A DNA stretch of 64,000 bases from Cyanidioschyzon merolae (Eukaryota), in the NCBI GenBank assembly GCA_000091205.1, contig AP006491.2; one strand, written 5' to 3'. The position numbers and the translations under genes are program-made. The first letter of the stretch is position 1. Every line of letters begins with the position of its first letter. The notes beneath the pieces are model-generated. The model was not told the DNA's origin, made no database searches, and saw only the letters and a list, made by a program, of their open reading frames with translations. Below are positions 11,974 to 22,877 of the stretch, in pieces.

Positions 11974-12783
11974 ATGTTCGTCAATGTTGCCTTGTTTGGG
12001 CAGTGTGTTGAAAACAGGTCCACTTTCGAGAACCGAATAACGCGTGGGCCGGCGCGAGCGCTACCGCGAAACAGTGCGCAGTCGCGAGGCAGGGATCACG
12101 CACGTCGCTGGCGCGCCTGTTCCACGCTGCACTGGACGCAACGCCTACCAGACCGAGGTGTGGTGTCGGCGCGGTATACGCTGCCAACTTTGGTGTTTGT
12201 GCTCGGCGGTCCAGGTTCGGGTAAAGGCACACAGTGCAGACGCCTTGCGGAGGAGCTGAACTGGGCGACGGTTTGCGTTGGGCAGTTGCTTCGGGAGGAG
12301 GCCACACTTCGTCGAAAAGAACCTCGCGGTGCATACCTTGAACACCTCCTGAGCCGCGGTGAAATAGTGCCGGGGCATATAACCATTGAGCTGCTGCTGG
12401 ATCGCTGCGCCGCTTTTTCCGGGAAGAGTGGCGGCATTCTTGTGGACGGGTTTCCGCGGGCCCTGGAGCAGGCCGAGGCCTTCGAGCGAGCCGCTGGCGC
12501 GTCGTGCGCGTTTGCCGTTTTCTTTGCGTGTAGTGAAGATGTAATGATCTCACGTTTACTAGAGCGTGGGAGAACAAGCAACAGAACCGACGATAACCTC
12601 GAAACCATTCAACGACGACTGATAACCTTCCGACATACCAGCATGCCGGTGATTGAAAAGTACCGGCAGCTCGGAAAACTGGTCGAAATCAACGCCGACG
12701 CCGACGTCGACTCGGTTGCAGCAGCAGTACGCCGAGAATTTGCGATACGCGGTTTTACACGAAATGTAAATGTAGAGATTTGA
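11974..12783 (+). CDS. UMP-CMP kinase / adenylate kinase family, with ~75-aa N-terminal extension
   Basis: P-loop LVFVLGGPGSGKGTQCRRLAEEL; NMP-binding GEIVPGHITIELLL; GILVDGFPRALEQAEAFE; lid RTSNRTDDNLETIQRRL. No internal Met precedes the P-loop, so the extension is probably a targeting sequence. Confidence 0.75.
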   Translation: MFVNVALFGQCVENRSTFENRITRGPARALPRNSAQSRGRDHARRWRACSTLHWTQRLPDRGVVSARYTLPTLVFVLGGPGSGKGTQCRRLAEELNWATVCVGQLLREEATLRRKEPRGAYLEHLLSRGEIVPGHITIELLLDRCAAFSGKSGGILVDGFPRALEQAEAFERAAGASCAFAVFFACSEDVMISRLLERGRTSNRTDDNLETIQRRLITFRHTSMPVIEKYRQLGKLVEINADADVDSVAAAVRREFAIRGFTRNVNVEI

Positions 12784-13018
12784 AAAGGGATTCGCGGGCG
12801 TGTGCCGCTGCCGTCCAGCTGATCCACAGCACCGCTGCGTTCCCTACCCGCACGTCGATCCACGGGGCTCCCAGTGCGGGCGTAGAACGCCATACGAGGC
12901 CTGTCGCTAGCCACGCGATAGCGCAGGACGCGCCCGCACACACCAAGGACGCTCCATAGGCCATAACCGGTCAAACTGGTTCGCCGCTCGCAGTCGCAGC
13001 GGCATCGCGCAGAACTGT

Positions 13019-13444
13019 CTATTTTTTGGGTTTTGCTCCGGCCCCGCTGCTGTTGCCGCTGCCAGCACCACCACTACCTTGCTGTCGAGCCTTGATTTCC
13101 TTGAGTGCTGCAGCTCGCGCTGCTGTTTTCACTTGCGCCCGCGGGGCTTGTCGTTTCGCTCGAAGCACTTCAATAGACGCACCCTCGACCGGCTTTTGCA
13201 CCGTCTTTACAGCGCGCCTCCTAGTACGCCTCTTCTCCTGCTCCTCCTGGCCCTTGCGGTGCAACCGCCTGTAGATGTACGTCCAGTTCAGAGACGCAGG
13301 TTTGCGACGCATGTGGAACGACGACTTGCACTTGGAGTTGGCGAAAACAAACACTTTGCCGTCAGACCGGACGAACGTAGAGCCGTGGCCAGGGTAAATA
13401 CGGAAACCCGAAAAGTTGCAGATTTGTGTACGTACCACCATGGC
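13019..13444 (-). CDS. RPL24: 60S ribosomal protein L24e
   Basis: MVVRTQICNFSGFRIYPGHGSTFVRSDGKVFVFANSKCKSSFHMRRKPASLNWTYIYRRLHRKGQ matches the L24e N-terminal TRASH/zinc-ribbon region, with a basic C-terminal tail. The track ORF extends upstream to 13525; trimmed to the conserved Met. Confidence 0.9.
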   Translation of the reverse strand, partial: AMVVRTQICNFSGFRIYPGHGSTFVRSDGKVFVFANSKCKSSFHMRRKPASLNWTYIYRRLHRKGQEEQEKRRTRRRAVKTVQKPVEGASIEVLRAKRQAPRAQVKTAARAAALKEIKARQQGSGGAGSGNSSGAGAKPKK

Positions 13445-13771
13445 TGGGTTTCTGCACAGAAGAGAGCCGGTTGTTGGCGCATAGCCGATGGTACGCCTGC
13501 ACCAAATGACGCCGTGCCGCGCCACCGCCGCGCGTTCGATGAAGAAACGGAACTATATGGGTTATTTCTATATTTTTAGGGAAAATATGAACAGGCCTGC
13601 GAGCGCGCGCATCAGTGCGAAAATCAGCGCCTGAGCATGGGTCTAGGATTCCGAGATTCCCGCTGGACCTCCTGATCCCGAGTGCGCGTGGACGCTTATC
13701 AGCGTTCAGCTGAGGCAGTTCCTGATCGAAACCCTCTTCCCGGAACGCTTCCGTGTGAGAAAAGCGCCTTC

Positions 13772-15916
13772 TTAGGCAGGGGGGGTTTGTGCAGGGACCG
13801 CTTCCGTGGCGTCCAGCTTCTTCGCTGTTGCCGCGGCGTAGTGCAAGGCGGCAACGAAGAGGCGACAAACTTCCCACGAGCTCTGGTTTGCGCAAACTCT
13901 CCCGAGCGGTATGATGTCTTCGTTGCACCTAGCGTCGTGCACGAGTTTTGTGACGCGCTCGACGTATGTGGGGATAGAAAAGTTGGGCCGCTGCTCCGCA
14001 GCCGCCAGACGGGGTTGCAGCTCGGCTTGCCAGGTTGCTACTCGCTGATGGAGAGCGTTTTCTTCTTCAAGCCGTCGCCAGGCTGCGGCTGTTTCGTTCA
14101 GGTAGCGCCGACAGATCTGTTCAAAACTTTCGACAAGAGCTTGGGAATCGACGCCGGTCGCTTCGTGCTCCCCAAACAAAAACGCTCCTTGTTCCTCAAA
14201 CGGGTCAGGGCCGAGTGCGTCCAATGCACCCAGCATTGCGTGACTTGCGTCACCGGCATGATAGGGGGTTCCCGTCTCAGTGACCGGCCCGATAGAGGCG
14301 TTTGTATTCAAATCGCCCGGGATGCGCTCCAACGATGAGCTGGGATACTCCACAGAGCTAGAGTCATCTTCGTCGCTGTCATCATCGATGGATTCGTACG
14401 CATCATTAGCGATGGCCTTTTTCTTTCCGCTGGAACACACTGAGCACCGAACGCGCTCGCATGCGCGCAGTGCGCGAATGCTGGCATCCAATGGTGGGAA
14501 CAACGACCCTCGAAAAATGATGTGCATCCAGGCACGCGCCCATTCGCTGCCTCCCGAACTTGTGACGAATGACGCATCGCCCAAATGCGTTTGAGTGTTC
14601 ACAAGATCGGAGGGCACCCCAGGAATGCGCTTCCGATAAAGGACCCAGTTTTGATACGCTTCAAAGGCAGAAACATTTGGTACGGCTCGACATGAGGTGT
14701 GTCGGCGGCCTTTTCGAAAGGGTCGCTCTCGGTCCACGACTTGTTGATCTGCAGGATCTCTCGTGTCATCCTTGTCGGGGAACATTTCCAGAAATTTCCA
14801 TTGCCTCTCTGGAGACCCGCCGTGGACCCGGTTCTTCCGTCGCTGTCGCCGTCGCTCTCTCTGCTGTATGCTCGTATCGCGCAAGGTAATCTCTAGGGTT
14901 GGCATCAGCGCCTCCTGGGAGAGGTTCAATGGCTCTGCACCAAAGCCCCACTCTACATACTGAGCATCTGCGTCCTCCATCGCATTCGGCGTTGCGTCTC
15001 TGATCTCCACAGCGGGCTCGAAATCGCCCAGTGTTTGCGCCGTTTCCTCGTAAATTAAATCTTCAGGAGCAATACCCAGAAGGAGAGCACCACTGCGCCC
15101 ATGGATCTGGGACCACCTCACCCACAGACGGTCCAAATCGAGTAGGTCTACGTCTTGTACCGGAATCGAAAAACCCGGCAGATTCCAAGGCGCCGTCGCA
15201 ACGGAGTTGGAGGCCGACACGCTAGCATTGCTCGCAGTCCGCGAAGCTGGCGTCCGCCAGCCAGGCGTTCCTGGCGTTGCAACCGTGATCGTACGTGTCT
15301 CCTGGCCGTTGAGCCCTAACCGATAACTACTTTCATCCGCGCATGCGCTCAAGTATTCTGAATCGGATTCGGCGGCTTCTGGATATTGGAATCCGGGCTC
15401 ATCCAAGTCCAGCGTTTCGAGTCGGGCGTAGGGCACGAGTTCGGCGATGTCCTCGAAGGCTCGCTCAGCCGCCACATATCTGCGATATGCCGCCATCGTG
15501 AGTGCCCCGCGCACAGCGCCACTGGCTGGGTTCAGCCCCCGAGCAGTGGGCAACGGCTCCGTTGCGGACGCAGCACTGTCACCTTCTTCGGTGCCGTCGA
15601 CAGATCTGCGCTTTCCGCGCTGCTTGTTCTGAGTCTCTGCACGCTCAGCAGACTCCGAGACGAAAGCTTCTAGAGCCTGGTACACAAGCTGGTAAAGATG
15701 CTCCACTTTGCGCCCGTAAATATCAGCCGAATGCTGCACAAGAACAGCAGCGTCAGCAAAGCGCAGTCGAGCCTCCTCTGGGAGAAGCTCGAGACTTTCC
15801 ACGAACTTTTCCAACTCTGCGGCAACATCAACCGACCAGTTCTCTGAAAGCTCCTTAAGCGGTTTCAGGAGTTGGCACCAGCGTGTCTCCAGCGAAGCGT
15901 CTCCCATGGGAGACAT
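13772..15916 (-). CDS. NCAPH2: Condensin-II complex subunit H2 (kleisin CAP-H2)-like
   Basis: N-terminus RWCQLLKPLKELSENWSVDVAAELEKFVESL...AAVLVQHSADIYGRKVEHLYQLVYQAL parallels the conserved CAP-H2 N-terminal domain ([24 protein letters not shown]...[27 protein letters not shown]); 714 aa, acidic and low-complexity in the middle. Confidence 0.6.
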   Translation of the reverse strand: MSPMGDASLETRWCQLLKPLKELSENWSVDVAAELEKFVESLELLPEEARLRFADAAVLVQHSADIYGRKVEHLYQLVYQALEAFVSESAERAETQNKQRGKRRSVDGTEEGDSAASATEPLPTARGLNPASGAVRGALTMAAYRRYVAAERAFEDIAELVPYARLETLDLDEPGFQYPEAAESDSEYLSACADESSYRLGLNGQETRTITVATPGTPGWRTPASRTASNASVSASNSVATAPWNLPGFSIPVQDVDLLDLDRLWVRWSQIHGRSGALLLGIAPEDLIYEETAQTLGDFEPAVEIRDATPNAMEDADAQYVEWGFGAEPLNLSQEALMPTLEITLRDTSIQQRERRRQRRKNRVHGGSPERQWKFLEMFPDKDDTRDPADQQVVDRERPFRKGRRHTSCRAVPNVSAFEAYQNWVLYRKRIPGVPSDLVNTQTHLGDASFVTSSGGSEWARAWMHIIFRGSLFPPLDASIRALRACERVRCSVCSSGKKKAIANDAYESIDDDSDEDDSSSVEYPSSSLERIPGDLNTNASIGPVTETGTPYHAGDASHAMLGALDALGPDPFEEQGAFLFGEHEATGVDSQALVESFEQICRRYLNETAAAWRRLEEENALHQRVATWQAELQPRLAAAEQRPNFSIPTYVERVTKLVHDARCNEDIIPLGRVCANQSSWEVCRLFVAALHYAAATAKKLDATEAVPAQTPPA

Positions 15917-17722
15917 CGGCTTTAACGTCCGCTCCCACCGAGTAACACAGACGCTGTGCTTTGTTAGGGGCTTTCAAAAATTGCGCCACAGCGATCCGCA
16001 GGCGCGATGGGTACAGCACCTCTCGCGCCTGCGTGCGTGCGTGCGTGCGTGCGTGCCTGCCTGCCTGCCGATTCGTATTGCGCAGGAATCGAGGGGAAGC
16101 CTCGGAAATGCCACTTCTCCGACGGCAAGGGTGCTTTATGGATTCTATCAGCCAGAGGAATGATTTTCCGCGTTTTCCGGTTGCTCGAGATCATGCATAA
16201 GCCGCAAAGTTCGCTCTGCAGGGATCCGTGTCCTGCAGCAACACCTTTGGCCTCGTTGTGTTCCTCAGTGATGACAGATGTTGTTTGAACATGCTGCGTT
16301 GTGCTGGGCGAGTGCGATCAGGCACCCCGCAGCTAGTGAGTTGCCCAGAAAGCGCTTTGATTCGTGCAATCTTTTCAGCGAAGCTGCTCGGCTCTAGAAA
16401 TGGTAAGGACATAGCGGGTCTTAGAGCTACATACCCGCTCGACCCTGGTGGAAGCACCAGGAGCAGAAGCGTGGGTTGTAAGCAGGTGTGTGTTTTCTCT
16501 TGCCAAAGGGACGATCGGCGCGAAACGAAACCTTTAGATGGTGGCCCGCTTCGCGGCCTTCACACGCGCTTCCTGATGGGGCGAAGCTGCTGTTCCAGCA
16601 TCTGGTATCACAGGAAAACGCAGTGATGAAGACCCGACAACTGCCCTGAACATTGTCGATTCCCAGAGACGAGGTACGCGCCCTCATTCGAGTGCGGACC
16701 GCTTGGCATAGAGTCGGTTACGCGTTGCTGGTACGCATATGACCAGTACACGCACTGCGAACGCTGCTGCACAATAAAATAGCGGCACCTAGCGCCTTAA
16801 CAGCGCTCGCGGCCGCGTACTGTACCAACGAGTTTCACGAGACCGTGCAAACGTCCCTGGAAGCTGGATGGCAACGACAGTCTGGCATCACGGGGCTGTG
16901 GACGGTTGGGCGCTCAAGGATGCTGGACGTAGGCGCTATCGAATGTAGAAAGCCTTCACGGATACTGGTTCCGCGTGTATCGTACGTGCCATATTAGTGC
17001 CGACGCACCGGCTTCAACGCGAATCCACCGGTACCAAGAGGCATGATTTTGCCGGGAGCATTTTTGTGGCAACCACACCACTTTTCATGGACTAAGATAC
17101 TGTCACCACGCCGCGCTGGACCTCATTCTAAAGTTACCCTCAGCAGTGCAGCAGACAGCTTGTCGGCCAACAACACGCTCTGATTCGAGCGTGCCTTGTC
17201 AATTTACTCGGATAGTGCCCTTTGTCGGTCAACTCCCCAGCAAAACTAATCCAACAACCCGGTGAACAGAGTCGTCGAAGACGCTCCTGTGCCCACAGAG
17301 CTGCTCCTGGAACTGGACTCGCGGCGCTGTCCGAGCGGGTGCGGTAAAGGTCGTCGCGTTCTGCCGCAGTAGCTTGAAACCTCACTCGCAACGCACTGCT
17401 AATGCGCTACGGCACACTCTACTCGAGCAGAGACACTGCATACGTTCTGTAAACCCGCGACCCCAGAACAGGCTTCCAGCTTCACGGAGGCAGGGCTTTG
17501 GAGGAACAGCGTTTCCATCAGCACAGCGTCGAGCGGAACGCAAGTGCGCCTCGGACGCAGGGCGCCTCGGACGCAGGCAACTCGTTTCATGGTCTTCGTA
17601 CCGCGGCGCTGCACAACGGACGACATACATACTGCGGTTCTGTTCCAGTGCGGGTATCGCAAAGACGATCGACGTCTTCATTGTGTGCCTCCTGCACTAC
17701 TCTCGAGAGTCATTAGCACTTC
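15917..17722. promoter_or_regulatory. Putative shared upstream region of divergent condensin-II H2 and TAF5-like genes
   Basis: A 1.8-kb gap with no convincing ORF; contains the (GCGT/GCCT)n microsatellite at ~16020-16080. Confidence 0.25.
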
Positions 17723-19774
17723 TTGGTGCTGCGGGCAATGAGTGGCGCCGAGCAAGCAGCCAGCGAGCTGCTTCGGAGCCGTGGCGTCGATGTCGACGGC
17801 CAGCGAAGAGGAAGGCAAAACGGAGACGATTCTGCGAGAAACATCTTCTTTTTCATCGAGAACCAGGGACATCGTGCTGATCCAGTAGCAGTTAGTGAAC
17901 AGTATCGGTCGCTTCGCAGCTGGGTGGAGAACGCACTGGACATGTACAAGGGCGAGCTCGTAAGTGTCTTGTATCCGCTGCTGGTGCATAGCTTCCTGGA
18001 CCTGGTCGAGCAAGGACACCAGGAAGCTGCGGAGAGTTTTCTTAGGCGCTTCGGCAGTGAGTTTCAGGATCGTGGACATCGTGACGAGCTTATTGCGCTC
18101 TCCAGCGTCTCCCTACCGGAGCATATCGGCCAGAATGAAGTGGCTCGCCTGTTTCGGGAGAACAGGTATCAGCTGCAGTTTTCTGCCTATGGATGGCAGC
18201 TCTTGGTGTCTTTCCTACGAGACTCGGGAGGCTTCTTTTTCCTGCGCATACTCAACGAGCACACCCGCGTTCAGATCGAAACCGTCGGCACAGATCCACT
18301 AGCGGATGCTGCCGGGGTCACGGTGGATGCCAAAGCAACGGACGGCTTTGTGGGGGCAAACGAGCGCACGTCACTGCTGCGCATTCCCGTGCAATGGGGC
18401 CTCCTCCGTGAATCAGACTACGTCACTGAGGATACCGAAATTGACATCGATCGCGCCTACTTGGAGCGAATGGCTCGCGAGCGCGATGCGGAGCGTGCGG
18501 TGGCGGATACAACCGGCTCCACGGCGGCCGCCGAAACCAAACCGGGCCCTGCGCCTTCGGGGAAGACTCCCGGAAGCGAACGAGACAAAGCATCGACCGG
18601 CCGCAAGAGCGGTGCTAGAGCAGCCGCGATGTCCAGCCGCGGAGCGGACGGCACCGGAAAGACCTCCGACGCGAGCGGCGGATTTCTAGACATGTCGCAG
18701 TCGATACCGGTGCCTAGAATTTGGCGCTCCTCTGGGATGTTACCGTCACTGGAGGACCTGCGAAAGCGTGTTCAAGTGTCAGCAAACGCGCTCCCATCGG
18801 TGCTCTTCTACACGCTCCTGAACTCCCATGGGTTGGTGAATGCGATGGATATTTCGAACGATGGCTCTCTGCTCGTCACTGGCTGCGATGACTCCGTTCT
18901 GAGACTCTACAAGGTTCGACAGGAGCTTCAGAATACAAGCGAGTCGGACAAGGACCGCGGAACCAATCTTTCTGGAGAGATTCCCTCGCTTTCCGTTTCG
19001 CAGGTCCTGGTGGGCCACGCTGGCCCTGTCTACGCGGTCCATACCTCCGCTGACGGGCGCTACTGCATATCGAGCTCCGAGGACGGCACCGTTCGCCTAT
19101 GGGATCTTCAGCTCGGCACAGACCTCGTAGCGTACCCCTGCCACGAATCACCGATATGGGATGTTCGGTTCGCGCCTCTGGGAAGATATTTTGTGACTGC
19201 CTCACACGATCGCACTGCGCGTCTGTTTTGTACGGATCGACTGTCACCGCTTCGTTTGTTTGCCGGGCATATGACCGATGTAGACTGCGTCAGCTGGCAT
19301 CCTAACTGTAACTATGTGGCAACAGGTTCAAGTGATCGTAGTTGTCGTTTATGGGACTGTCGAACGGGCGACTGCACGCGGATCTTCTTGGGCCATAGGG
19401 CGCCGCTGACGGCGTTGGCGTTCTCTCCAAACGGTCGTCTTCTGGCGACAGCGGATTTCAATGGCACGATTTTGCTCAACGATATCGCTGAGGGTCGCCT
19501 TCTTAAGCGATTCTCTGAGCATACCGATGCCGTTTGGTGCTTAGACTTTTCGCAAGGCGATGGTTCGATACTGGCCAGTGGCGCTGGTGATAACTCCATT
19601 CGGCTGTGGCCGGTGCTTACAAATACGCTGGACGCTTCGGGTTCTTCCGTAGATGCTGTGCATGATTCAAGTTCGTTGCGCGTGATGCGAACAAAGAGCA
19701 CGCCGGTGTTGGGTCTGCGCTTTTCATGGCGCAATTTGTTGCTTGCAGGTGGCTCGTTTCGTGCGTTGACCTAG
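17723..19774 (+). CDS. TAF5: TFIID subunit TAF5-like WD40 protein
   Basis: TAF5 NTD2-like segment (YRSLRSWVENALDMYKGELVSVLYPLLVHSFLDLVEQGHQEAAESFLRRFGSEFQ), then six or more WD40 repeats (VYAVHTSADGRYCISSSEDGTVRLWDL; SWHPNCNYVATGSSDRSCRLWD; ...). 683 aa, single exon. Confidence 0.6.
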   Translation: MVLRAMSGAEQAASELLRSRGVDVDGQRRGRQNGDDSARNIFFFIENQGHRADPVAVSEQYRSLRSWVENALDMYKGELVSVLYPLLVHSFLDLVEQGHQEAAESFLRRFGSEFQDRGHRDELIALSSVSLPEHIGQNEVARLFRENRYQLQFSAYGWQLLVSFLRDSGGFFFLRILNEHTRVQIETVGTDPLADAAGVTVDAKATDGFVGANERTSLLRIPVQWGLLRESDYVTEDTEIDIDRAYLERMARERDAERAVADTTGSTAAAETKPGPAPSGKTPGSERDKASTGRKSGARAAAMSSRGADGTGKTSDASGGFLDMSQSIPVPRIWRSSGMLPSLEDLRKRVQVSANALPSVLFYTLLNSHGLVNAMDISNDGSLLVTGCDDSVLRLYKVRQELQNTSESDKDRGTNLSGEIPSLSVSQVLVGHAGPVYAVHTSADGRYCISSSEDGTVRLWDLQLGTDLVAYPCHESPIWDVRFAPLGRYFVTASHDRTARLFCTDRLSPLRLFAGHMTDVDCVSWHPNCNYVATGSSDRSCRLWDCRTGDCTRIFLGHRAPLTALAFSPNGRLLATADFNGTILLNDIAEGRLLKRFSEHTDAVWCLDFSQGDGSILASGAGDNSIRLWPVLTNTLDASGSSVDAVHDSSSLRVMRTKSTPVLGLRFSWRNLLLAGGSFRALT

Positions 19775-21039
19775 GTTTCCGGTACAACAAGGCAGTCGTA
19801 CCAGTGCGTTAAAGTATAGTGCACCAACTTGTTTTGTCGTCATCGCCAATGCGATACCGTTTTAGCATTGCGTTGGCGATCGGGAAGAGGTATAGAAACA
19901 AGAGGAAGCGTATGCGGATGTTGCTCATGGTAGAGGTTCTGTCACATGGACAGGTGTCGCACTATTTCGAGGGCGCGAGATCCACGTTTTCGATCAAGAA
20001 TGCGATGGATTCAATTTCTTGCGTCGTGCGCGGGGTTTGAGGAACAGCAGAGATCCCTCTCTCTTGGTACGTATGCCTTTCCGGAATCCACTCGATGAAC
20101 CCAGCTTGATGATGGGTTTCACGGGGCGAAATTGCTCCACGAAGCATCATCTCTTCCCTGGCTGGCTGTTGACCAAGTTGACAGCGAATAATTCCAGGAT
20201 AGGAGGTCTCATTTCGTCGACGCAGCCGAGAAGAGCGCGTCTTGAGGAAACGCGGGCGCTCGGGTTGCATGCGCATGCGACGGGACACCAAGATGCCGCT
20301 ATACTCAGGCAGCTTCAATACGTCATCCCATGATACTCGGGGATGTGCCTAGTCAGGGTCTCTTGCATGCTGCGGATACATGCGCGACTTCCGCAACGAG
20401 GCGCTGGATGACGCTCGTCTTTGTTTTGCTTCGCTTTTGGCAGGAGACGCGTCAGTCTCGCATCGACGGACCGCTGGGCGTGCATCCCCATGAACCGGAC
20501 GGGCGCATGCGAGCCAACGTGGACATCAGCCCGCGAGATAGACGGCGTGCATCGACGAGCGGAATAAAGCCTGCAAGTACACCAGCACACTTGTTCATGA
20601 AGAAGCGTATACGTGCGTATACGCGTGAGCGACGGCCTGTTGACGCGCACTGGTGCACACCCGTGGGCCCCATACACGCTGACACGAGCGTACAGCGATA
20701 CACCTCTGGTGTGTGTGTTTGTATGTGTGACACTGGGTACACGTCTCTGTTGGCCTCGACGTCTCCTAGTGTCCGTTCCCGCACGCACAAGCACGATCGC
20801 AGCGTTTCGACTCGTGAACACACATATCGCTAGCACGACATGCTTGCCTAGAACACAGTTCATAGCTGCCCATTCCCTGATCGTTGGCGTATGTTTGCAA
20901 AGCGGCGCATCGCATGACATTGCATCATAACGCACAGGGCGTTGCGCGATGATAATGACACGTCTCCGACCGAGACAACCCGGTACGCTGTACTGCGTCG
21001 CGCCTGCAAAGCGATGAATACTGAATCCTGAGTCATGAG

Positions 21040-21240
21040 TCATGAACGATGCGACGCCACCATCAGCGATCGATCGATTGATTTGACATAGTGTGGCGCT
21101 GCGTGCGCGCGATGCGGCGCCACCATCACCGATCGATCGATTGATTTGACGTAGTGTGGCGCTGCGTGCGCGCGATGCGACGCCACCATCAGCGATCGAT
21201 CGATTGATCTTTGATACTGAGCGCTGTCCTGCAGGTGCAC
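21040..21240. repeat. Tandem repeat, ~61-bp unit x 3
   Basis: Three near-identical copies of ...gatcgatcgattgatttgacgtagtgtggcgctgcgtgcgcgcgatgcg(a/g)cgccaccatca(g/c)c... Confidence 0.85.
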
Positions 21241-21839
21241 ACCGGCGCTGGTGATAGCCTTCTACTTGTGGTCGGTGTAGGTCTTCTTGTCGCCCGTTCG
21301 GAACAGTGTTGAAACTCATAAAAGGTGCACTGTGTTGGTGAGGCAAGTTACTGGGCAGCGCGACTCGGAAAGGTCCTTTGCGATGTGCCGTCTGCAGCTG
21401 CGGGGTGCCGGCTGACGAGAAGCGCTGCGCTCGCAGGATCGAGGCTGGCTACCTGGCCTTGTTTGCTGTTGACAGCTAGCCCTGCGGAACAGGCCTCTCG
21501 CGAGCGTGTGGGCGAGAGCTGTACCGGTGGTCGCGATACCGCGCTTGACAGTTCGAGGGCGCGTCTTGAGCGTGAGCGAGTGATCGAGTCAACGGGTCAA
21601 TCAGGGCACACACCGCTATTGTCTGCTGCGCGGGACGCCTATTGAGTTGCAGGGGTAACCCGGAGTCGAACGGCATCAGACAGTCGTCAACCTTTCCCCA
21701 GCAGCAGCGGGCGTGCGAGCAGCACCGTGTCCCGGCACTCTGTCGGATTCCTCGCTCGGGAGGCGTTCGAAACGCACGCACCGCGCTTTGCCCCTGAGCG
21801 GCGTTTCCGCGCACATCCACAGACGCAGCGTGAAGCGCA

Positions 21840-22877
21840 ATGGACGAACGCGACGTTCTTCGGGTAGGCGTCTGCGCAATGCCGAAGAAAGTCGAGTCTG
21901 AGCCGATGCAGCGGATCCTCGCTGCGCTCACCTCGAGCCGCGTTGCGCACTTCGAGCCGATGATCTTCGATGCGAAGACGCTGTTTGAGCGGCCGATCCA
22001 CGGGTGGCCTGTGTGCGATGCGTTAATTGCGTTCCACTCGGAGGGCTTCCCGCTGGAGCGTGCCATAGCGTACGCGGAACTACGGCGCCCGTACTGCTTG
22101 AACGGCCTGCGCGAGCAGCGGATGCTGCTGGACCGGTCCAAGGTGTACGAGGTGCTGGCACGTGAGCGGGTGCCAGTCCCGCGGCACATTGTTGTGCGCC
22201 ACGACGGAGCCGATGTTGGCCGGACGGATACGCGATTTGTCGAGCACGACGACTACATTGAGTACTGCGGAGAGCGGCTGTTCAAGCCGTTTGTGGAGAA
22301 GCCGATTGACGCGGAGGACCACCGCGTATGCATCTACTACGCACGGCCCTTGTACGGGCGCCGGCGGCTATTTCGGAAGACGGCGAATCAGAGCTCTGTG
22401 TTTGAGCCCGGGTGGCGCCGTGTCCGTCGCGAGGGCGCCTTCATATACGAGGAGTTTATCCCGAGCGAGCACCAGAGCGACATCAAGGTTTACGCTGTTG
22501 GGCCGGAGTACGCGTACGCGGAGCGGCGAAAGTCACCCGTGGTGGACGGTATCGTTGAGCGGAACGCGCACGGCAAGGAGCTGCGATTCCCTGTTGAACT
22601 GAGCACCGCGGAGCGCTGCGTGGCGGCGACGATCACGGCGGCTTTCCGGCAGTTTGTGTGCGGCTTTGATCTCATTCGGCACGCCGACGGCAATGCTTTC
22701 TATGTGAACGACGTGAATGGCTTCAGCTTTGTGAAGGGATCCCAGTCCTACTATGAGTCTTGCGGGCGTATTCTGGCGGAGCATCTAGCCCGCGAGTGTG
22801 CGCGAAGCGCTGCGGTGGATGGCGAGCGACCTCGCAGTGCCCAGCGCTGCAGCGCATCGGACGGGAGCACGCCCTAA
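21840..22877 (+). CDS. Diphosphoinositol-pentakisphosphate kinase (PPIP5K/VIP1) N-terminal ATP-grasp kinase domain only
   Basis: VGVCAMPKKVESEPMQRILAALTS...WPVCDALIAFHSEGFPLERAIAYAELRRPYCLNGL...FKPFVEKPIDAEDHRVCIYY...IYEEFIPSEHQSDIKVYAVGPEYAYAERRKSPVVDGIVERNAHGKELRFPV...FVCGFDLIRHADGNAFYVNDVNGFSFVK is collinear with the human PPIP5K kinase domain. The ORF stops after 345 aa with no histidine-acid-phosphatase domain. Confidence 0.8.
   Translation: MDERDVLRVGVCAMPKKVESEPMQRILAALTSSRVAHFEPMIFDAKTLFERPIHGWPVCDALIAFHSEGFPLERAIAYAELRRPYCLNGLREQRMLLDRSKVYEVLARERVPVPRHIVVRHDGADVGRTDTRFVEHDDYIEYCGERLFKPFVEKPIDAEDHRVCIYYARPLYGRRRLFRKTANQSSVFEPGWRRVRREGAFIYEEFIPSEHQSDIKVYAVGPEYAYAERRKSPVVDGIVERNAHGKELRFPVELSTAERCVAATITAAFRQFVCGFDLIRHADGNAFYVNDVNGFSFVKGSQSYYESCGRILAEHLARECARSAAVDGERPRSAQRCSASDGSTP

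Noticed and set aside
13682-14338. Long antisense ORFs inside confirmed genes (e.g. 13682-14338 +, 2786-3376 -, 41888-42532 -, 48247-49146 -, 62529-63158 -, 52110-52937 -)
   Set aside because: Expected in ~60% GC DNA where stop codons are rare; the opposite strand carries a well-supported conserved protein in each case.
20315-21346. 343-aa ORF with repeated INRSIADGGVASRARSATLRQ peptides
   Set aside because: The peptide repeats are produced by the 3 x 61-bp tandem repeat at 21040-21240; low-complexity, no motif, likely non-coding.
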